64,000 bases of DNA from Tubulanus polymorphus (Eukaryota > Animalia > Nemertea), in the NCBI RefSeq assembly GCF_964204645.1, contig NC_134027.1, positions 3,442,485 through 3,506,484 on the forward strand. Direction: 5' to 3'. Position numbers and translations under genes: made by a program. Below, piece by piece: positions 55,783 to 64,000 of the stretch (position 1 is its first letter; every line of letters begins with the position of its first letter). The notes beneath the pieces are model-generated. The model was not told where the DNA came from and did not search any database. It worked only from the letters and a program-made list of their open reading frames with translations.

Positions 55783-58700
55783 CTATTCGGGAGAGTCGAG
55801 TTCTGAATCTCTTCCATCGCGGTTTAAGCCGCGGATATGTACGTATTGAATACTTTTTTCTGCATAAGACGTAAGCTTTGAAGAACCTTTTCCGAACCAC
55901 GGTCGAGCGAAGAGGCCTTCGACCTCTTCCAGGGTCTTTCCTTTTGTTTCGGGCAACAGGAAGAAGAGAACTGAAAAGCCAACCATGGCCAGACAGGCAT
56001 ACAACCAGAATGTACCTGAAAAATAAACGATGATTTTTATACATCTGCTATCGCTATGTAAGGTAGGATATAGTCTCTTCTCTGTGATGAAATGTAGTTC
56101 ATTTTCAAATTGAATCAGTTATCACTAAATCTACCACTTTAGTTAATGATACAAGTTTCTCAGGCAAGATGCCACTTATAGAGGGATTTTTACCATGTCG
56201 AGTTAAGGCTTCTGTGGATGTGAGGAATGTCATTGAGACTATCAGATTAAACAACCAGTTAGTGAATGTAGATACAGCATTACCAGTACTCCTAGCCCAT
56301 AGTGGATAGATCTCTGAGTTGATAGTCCATGGCATAGGACCCATACCTGAAATATACATGTCATTATTGTTATGCGATTCCTTCACGAAAAAAGGCCCTA
56401 CCTTTTCAACAAATTCTATAATTACCTGGGGCAAAGAAGACTAGATAAAGTACCAGGCCAACCATAGCCATCCATGAGTATGCGGTAGGACAATACTCGT
56501 ATGCCCATGTGAGATCCCCAGGTAAATATGTGCTGTTACAACGTCCACTAGTAGCTTTCAGGGGATCGTCATAAGTTGTGGGCAGACATGAAGCATTCAC
56601 AGGACCGCGATTCTCATCCATGTAACAATACCCACAATATAGGTCCCTCATACAGTCATCACAGGTACTGAAATTCAAAATTCATTATGGTACTAGCAAT
56701 ATGCAGATAAATTGTGAGCTCCTGATTACAATTAAAGACAAGAACGTAACAGCTCAACCATCTGTGGCCTCAACTTGACGACCGATATGACGATTTCGAC
56801 AGCCAACTAATAGAATTTATTCAACCACTTCAACTGCAATGGCTTGATCAACATCCATACGTTCATGTATATACATTAGTAGCAGTCATCTAATTCAGTA
56901 GTGATGCGCACAAGCTTTCGTAATTGTCACAACTGAATGTGATAAACCATTAGACTAACTTGTGTGCGAAGAAACTGGCAGTGATGGATAAGGACCGTGT
57001 AACCTACATTCTAATGCAAATCTTAATCGATCACCAGGAAATTTCAATCTCAGAGCACACGAATCATTTATCACGGTGTAAAATTGAAAAATACTCATAT
57101 TGTATCCGCAGTATCGTGTAATAATGATTCCACAAAATGTGGATTAGAACACCTCGGAATAAATAAGGGTATCACAGCTTTTTGTTTATCCGAAATTTCA
57201 TGAAGCCCGGTGTTCGATCAGACACTAGCTAGCTGACGAAAGTTCATCTATATTCTAATTATGCGTAGACGCATTGTTTGCTTTTCTCATGAGAAATTCT
57301 TTTCCCTCAGATCACAGTTAACTACAAAAACTAATCAAGCCTTCCAGATTAAAGAAAAAGTACCGATGATGAAGCAGTTACCATAGATAGAATACGTAGC
57401 TCGACAAAATATCGCTAATCAAGCTTGAAAGAGATGTGATCTGAATTCATGAAAATGACGGTTCCCTCGGAGAATAAACATTGCCTTTATTACCCTTTTT
57501 TCTATATATTTCTATTAGGATGACTGAGACTGAATGGGAAAACCATTACGACTAATACAAGCTTAAGTAGAATGTACCTTCTTAAGCACTAAGCAGACCT
57601 TTTTAGAATTTAACATACCTGTACGCACCGCACTGGCTTCCCTCTATATTTTCCCACGAGTTGATTCTAGGTGAATTAAAGGCGGCTAGTTGGAATCCTA
57701 CGGCTAACCATATCAAACTTATAATGGCTCCTGAGAAAGACAAATTCGATTAGAGATGATCACATAGGTATAGGTTGAACAAACCCCGTTGAAAGCCGGT
57801 ATTTCGTTCCGATTGAAGGCGATGTAGAGAAAATCTTGAAAAGATCCGACAACATCGATGCAAACTAAGAAAAATACGAGGCAATGTATTTGGCTACCAT
57901 TAGACATATATCACCCACAATGACCATATGCATAACAATAGCCCACTGATTCCGTGTGGTATCAGATAAATCGTCATCGGTCAGATATACGTCGATGGCA
58001 CCCATAACGTATCCCATCTAAAGTGAAGATTACTAACCCATTAAACTGCCTAATGTCAGAAGTCTACGGCCAATCTTTTCAACCAAGTAAAGCCCAACAA
58101 ATGTAAACATGAAATTGACAGCGGCAGTCACTGCTGATAACCAAATTGCTGTCATTTCACTTTTAACACCAGACATCTTGATAATTGTAGCGCTATAATA
58201 CCTACAAATATATATACAACAAATGGATACATTACAATTGGGATGGATGGAATAAAGACACAATTCAGAGTTGAGATATAGAACCCGGAATTAATGATAA
58301 CAACGCGTAAAATATTACCCATTAAAACACAAATTAGAACTGTCACGTATAATATGATTCATATAGTTTCCATGAATATGGAGGCGCCATTTGATGGGCA
58401 TATTTTCATTAACATTGCCGAAAGACTTGTCGAAGTTCGAATTGTATTTTAAAAGCTAAATTTTGCATATGATGCAAAATTTCATTCTTATAAAATTCTT
58501 ATTAAATAGAAATGCTACGACGAAAATATACAGTGCATATGCATCAAGAAATGATGAAGTAATTCGCCGGAATAGTTGACTATGCAGTACGGGGCTGATT
58601 GAAGGCACACGACGAGAGCAGTGTAAATATACCAGTAGTCATTCAACCGTTGAGAAGATGAGAGTGTCATTTACCCTCAGTCTGGAAAAAGAGGTTCCCA

Positions 58701-61700
58701 CTTTTACACAGTAGTAACTATTGCATACGCATATCAGCCGTTATCAATCGTTAGAATTGGAGAAAGGTTACCTCAGCAAAGATGAAATTGACATAAACTA
58801 TAGGATCGCGTGAAACCATTTCTGAATTCTAGATATTTCCAATTTTTTACTGTATTGGTATATTCTTGATTATCAGACAAACCACACCCAGTCTGATTTA
58901 GTAAAAATCGTTTTGTGGCAAGACATTGTCAACATATAATTGGATTCTCTGATGAATCTGGACAAAAAGCTTATTGACTGCAAATATGAACCATCACTTT
59001 CCTACACCAAGCTGAGGCCCTTAAGCTAAAATACCGCAACCAAATTATAATAATTGAAAGTACTACTATATGTTTATTGATCTTGCCTTCAGAGTCTAGT
59101 AGATGTGGCTCAGTAACTTCACCATCATCAGTTTTCATATTGAAATAAAAAGTACAAAACCAGCCATGATTATTTAAGCAGTACGGTACATTTCCAGGAA
59201 ATGATACTATTTAATTTGATGATAGTAAATTGTCGCATGAATTTCAGGTGGCTTTAGGCTAAAAGTGTCAAGTTTCTCTTTGCCAAGCGATGACGCTGTC
59301 TACATGTACATTGACAGTCCTACGGCAAATGTCTGAATACTCGTTTCAATTTCCTTAAACAGAAAATCAAATTGTAAAATGGAAACCAAGCGGATCACGA
59401 ATTACAGATAAGGCTGCTTCATTTCAGGGGAAAATAGTTTACAGGCCCGCAGTTACAACACGTATTCGTGTTCCTTGCAGAAAGGATCGAGGCTAAAATA
59501 AATGTCAGAAGATGAAACAATTGACAAATTCAAATTTTTCATTCCCGAAGAAAAATCAATAATGGGTAGGTGCTCCAATGATGAGCATTTCAATTGCAGA
59601 TTCAATAATGAAAATATCCAAGTTCAATATAACAGCGTGTACATGGTACCACTTTAACAGCCTAGAGCATTCATTCCAACTAACATTCACTCGCTCATCA
59701 ATCTTAAATTTGACACCTTGAAATTGATTTTCTCAAATACATTTCATAATAAACATTTAATATTAGATAATAGGTTGTGTGAAATACTCACATGACAGTG
59801 TTGATACCGGCTAATTGTTGAAACATTTGTAAACTACATCCTATCACTAGAGATCGACGTATTGATGGGGTCAATATCATCTGTACTATAATAGGTGACT
59901 TCATACCTTAAAATAACAGTGAATCATTTATAGCGAAGCTGAAATGAGAAGCAGTTTTGAATGATATGGTTTTATTTCCCAAATCAACTGTCTTCGTCCT
60001 GTACAACAGTTTGGTCACAGTTCTTTGAAATCTTCTCATGACGCATTGTTGCAAATTAGAAAAGTAAACTCACAAAATGGCGGCTAGCAATGGTGTATTC
60101 TAGAACCTATGTTGGTTTCAGTGACGTAAGAGTGTTATAGAAAATAACTGTCATTAGATCAAATGCCTTTTTCAAAACAGAATCAGATGGTTTTGTGTAA
60201 ATGTTGATTAATAACATCGACACCCCATATATCAGTAACATCTGTATAAAAGCCTATTCATTGTCACCAGAAGCAAGAAATGGGTGACATTTCTGTTTGT
60301 CAAGAAGCAAAGCGATCGAAGCCCGATGCCTGGCTAGTTAGATCAGCTGTTACCAGTCATATCTCCTGAGTAATTGCTTGCCACTGTCTTTAATAATTTC
60401 CTGTCCGCGCCAGTAAAATCAGCCAAAGCAGACGCATGGTAGAAATATGGTACAAAATCGAAATTTTCCCGTTGAATAATTTATGTTATTGATGGCTTAT
60501 TCTGAAGTAATGCACGAGACGTACTGCGCTAATATGTAAATAAAGTCTTTAGTGATATTAATGTTAGCAATATTCGTACTTGCGATACTAAATCAATAGT
60601 CGAATTTTGTCGCTGCGAAAATGATTATGAATGAGCATGGAACATTTCTTCTTATGGCTAAATCATACCAAACACCACGAAAATCATACATGGTTAACAT
60701 CAGACCGGGCTGTACCGGAAGATTTCACATCTCACAAAACATTGTTTCCTGTAGCATTTAACATAGTTATAGGTGTCAATTGAATTCACCCTTTGTTGTA
60801 TTATTGGATTAGTGTATCAGTTCTCAGTAACACAGAGCCTAATTGACAACGCTATTTTTTAGATGAACTTCGGATGCACGGACATAACTGCATCAACAAT
60901 TGAATCGGCTTTGAATTGAAACGAGTGAGGCCTCAGGATCGTTGGATCAGGCGACGGAATTATTTTGGGTCATATCATGTCGTGTTAAATGATGTTGCGA
61001 AATATGTCAAACTCAATAGATCGCAACAGTAACCAAAAGATAAACTGATAAAAATGTGATATCAACTGGCTGCAATCACTGTGCATGGTACACTTGACCA
61101 ATTTCATTTAGAACCATTACCGATTTATTGCTATGCAAAGCGACTAAAAGCAGTCGGATGCCAGGATTAATCGGTCAGCGGGGAGACATTTCATCAATGC
61201 ATTAATTGATTAACATGCAATGACATTAAACCTACGTAAGTACACTATCATCCACATGCATGAAAATGTGCTAAAGTAAAGCTTAATTAGGTAAATGTTA
61301 AAGGTTTTTGAAAATTCGTATGGTTTGACAGTAATCGCTATGAAATACAGTACGGGGTACATCTCCCAAATATCGCCCTGCAGCTTTTGAGCAACTTTTG
61401 TGATTATTTGTTTATTTGGCAACGATCATGCCTGTATTTCACTAGTGATATCATTCTGGCTGCTGTAAGAGAAGCGTGTATCACAGTAATGATTTATGAG
61501 CTAATCCCAAGAGCTCTTTCTTGTGAGCTTTTTAAGTACATGCATAGCCAGATTATTGTTAGAAACGTCGAGATTGGAACTGCATTGGTCTAGGGACCCG
61601 GCACGCGACACAATCACGTTTAAACAGACGAACAATACAAATAATTTTTGTCTTGGATCAGGGGGAATCGGTCAGTGAATTTCAAGTCCATAACACTATT

Positions 61701-61987
61701 ATAAAATATATCTCTTCAAAACTGGAGTGGACCTCAAATGGTACCAACGATTTAACCGGCTATTTATCATACATACTTCGTTCTCGCCTTTCTCTTTCTG
61801 CCTCCAGACAATTGTTTTTAATACTCTCAAATTCTTCCTCGATGTCTTCTTCTCCGCGAATTTCGTGCAGTACTCGACGCGCCTTATCTTCTTTATCCTG
61901 AATTATCAACCATCGTGGACTCTCGGGCAAAAACAGGAACCCAATGAACTGAGCTGCAGATGGTAACGCCGCTAGACCCAACATGTA
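55783..61987 (-). CDS. SLC2A13: Proton/myo-inositol cotransporter (HMIT), 3' portion; upstream exons lie beyond the window end
   Basis: Exons at about 61777-61987 ([19 protein letters not shown]), 59792-59906 ([10 protein letters not shown]), 58038-58201 ([18 protein letters not shown]), 57619-57730, 56425-56668 (HMIT-specific Cys-rich loop [18 protein letters not shown]), 56193-56346 ([20 protein letters not shown]) and 55783-56015 (LPETKG..LDSPE stop). Confidence 0.95.
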
Positions 61988-64000
61988 CCTATATGAAATA
62001 AACATCACATTTTACTTGACAATTTCGCAATGACGATAATTACCCTCAAAAAGTGAAAGAGGTTCTAGAAAAGTGAAAGAAAACAAATTTCCTTGAGTTA
62101 TTTTATTTAACTAAGTATCCCTGAAAATTATATATAAAAGTCTTTTTTCGTTTGTATTTTGGGATTTTATCTTATATGATTATCGTTACAACACGGTGTA
62201 GGTGTTTCATCAAGATCATGTTCACTCCCGCAGACGTTACCGACGTCTGATGATGATATAGGATAACTGTGCGAGGTTGGAATATGAATCCGCGTGGTTT
62301 AAAACGACAAACGGCAGAAGGAATCACAATATTTCATTATCATCAGTAACAAATATTGCTTCAAGGAAACAAACAGCGGATAATTCACAAATTGCGAGTC
62401 TCAATTTGTCCTGGTGCTAATTAACACCCAGGGGATTGTGAATTACTTCTGAATTACTTCATTACTGATGTTACTATCCAATCTAGATGCATCTCAACTA
62501 TGCAACAAACATGGAATAATGCTGCAATCGGTTTGTCGATCAAAGGAACTTTTACGGCTAAGATAGATTTCCAGTAGTCGTGGTATGCTGGAAAGCCAAA
62601 CGCAAACATCTAAACAATGTTTCTCGTTTCTCTTCACACGTCACAGACAGGGAAACGCTCGCAAACATGTTTCCGTCTCCTGTTTCCGCATTTCCCTGCA
62701 TCGTGTTCAATTCGTATTAATTTAAAATTTTGAGTTATATGCTTCAAGTTTCCACGCATAATTCAATGCTGGTCATATTTTAACTATAGGCTGCCATGGT
62801 GACCATGCAGAGTCCTCAGTTATTATTTCTATGATCAAAGTAATATCGACCACATGGAACAAAAATGCTGTGGAAACTGTACAATTCCTGCCATTCATCC
62901 ATCTCACTACTGAGAGAATCAATCTAGTAGGAAGCAGCTAGTTGGTCAATACCAGTGCTGGACAATGCCTGGTAAAGCTAAAAAATTCTCGTAGATCTGG
63001 ATTCAAGTTCACTTCATTTATCAATAACGCCAACAATATTGCTTCCATCTCGGCTTATATTTGCGTCAAGTAGCTCAGTGACTACTGCTTTAATTTCATT
63101 CCCAGAACTTGAGCCATTGACAGGAAATCTATAAATCCGTCATATCCTAGTCTGACCTCAATCAATTTCATTCTATTATGAGATTAACCGCGAATAAAAT
63201 CAGTTCAGCTCTTCAGTTTTTTTTGGCAGAACCATCCAGGGGACGGAATCTATGGGCCCGGCATTGTATATTAGAACGATCAAGTTGCACGTATAAGTTA
63301 CACATTTCTGATCAGTGATTCTTATCATTTGTTTTCTGAAGAAAAATGCCACTTCTATATGGCTCATTGACTCTGAGGGAAAGGTGACTTAATGATGCAG
63401 CTACAATGATTAGATTTTCTAATCTGATAAATGGCCGTCTAGACTGGAATCGCTGCAGACGATTCACGCAGTAGAAGGCGACTGGACCAGTTGAGATGAA
63501 TTCCCTCCATGTTCCCAATATATACATGTATTCATTGATTTTCTGAAATGAAAGCGGTTGAAGTAATATCTGCATCTCAAGTAGCGATAATAACGTTACA
63601 AAAATGGTAACATCGTATCCTCGTAGAATCAACTTCAATACAACTAATCATTTCTGGCCCTTAAATACTTAATGCTTATATTGTTGTCCTTTTGTCGAAA
63701 CATCTATAAATATTTCATATGCTTTCACGCCGGAGCAATCCTTTCATTCATAATTATTAGTCTCATTGGTGAATTGAATAATTCAAGGTGTTTCAGAAAT
63801 GTACTGAAAAGTTCAATAGGTGGATTTGAAATTTGAATAATGAAAGAGACACGTTCTCTTTCAATGTCTTCCAATGTCTTCCTCGGTCGTTTATCGGATA
63901 TAAAGCAAGAGGAAATCGATAGCCCCCAGTGTCAAATATTTTTTCTGCATAGAACCAGCCTCGGAGTAGACCAAAGACGTAAGTACCGTACGCCTACAAA

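Noticed and set aside
55598-56044. 148-aa ORF overlapping the HMIT last exon
   Set aside because: It is an alternative frame. The true frame contains LPETKG and stops at 55783.
63312-63638. 108-aa ORF in the HMIT intron
   Set aside because: It lacks the motifs expected in the upstream HMIT exon (VPxYIAE..RG) and has no other recognisable domain.

Overview
AT-rich (roughly 35% GC by eye), intron-containing genomic DNA from an invertebrate animal, probably a lophotrochozoan (inferred from gene content). It is not prokaryotic: there are no operons, CRISPR arrays or rRNA genes. I reconstructed eight spliced genes by hand. (1) A PARP2-like gene with two N-terminal WWE domains (-, 3' end outside the window). 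(2) A Venus kinase receptor-type tyrosine kinase (+) with an extra ProX/OpuAC-like (betaine-binding fold) domain ahead of its GABA-B-like Venus flytrap. (3) A Scratch zinc-finger factor (-) whose SNAG exon is missed by the ORF track. (4) A bipartite phosphoethanolamine N-methyltransferase (-) whose N-terminal domain looks degenerate. (5) An SLC18B1-like MFS transporter (-). (6) A peroxisomal ABCD1/2 transporter (-). (7) A REDIC1/C12orf40-like meiotic gene (+), head-to-head with ABCD with only 168 bp between the ATGs. (8) An SLC2A13/HMIT myo-inositol transporter (-, 5' end outside the window). Several MITEs, two long (AT)n microsatellites and candidate CTCF, YY1 and E-box sites are also present. 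Exon coordinates were read manually and may be off by a few bases.
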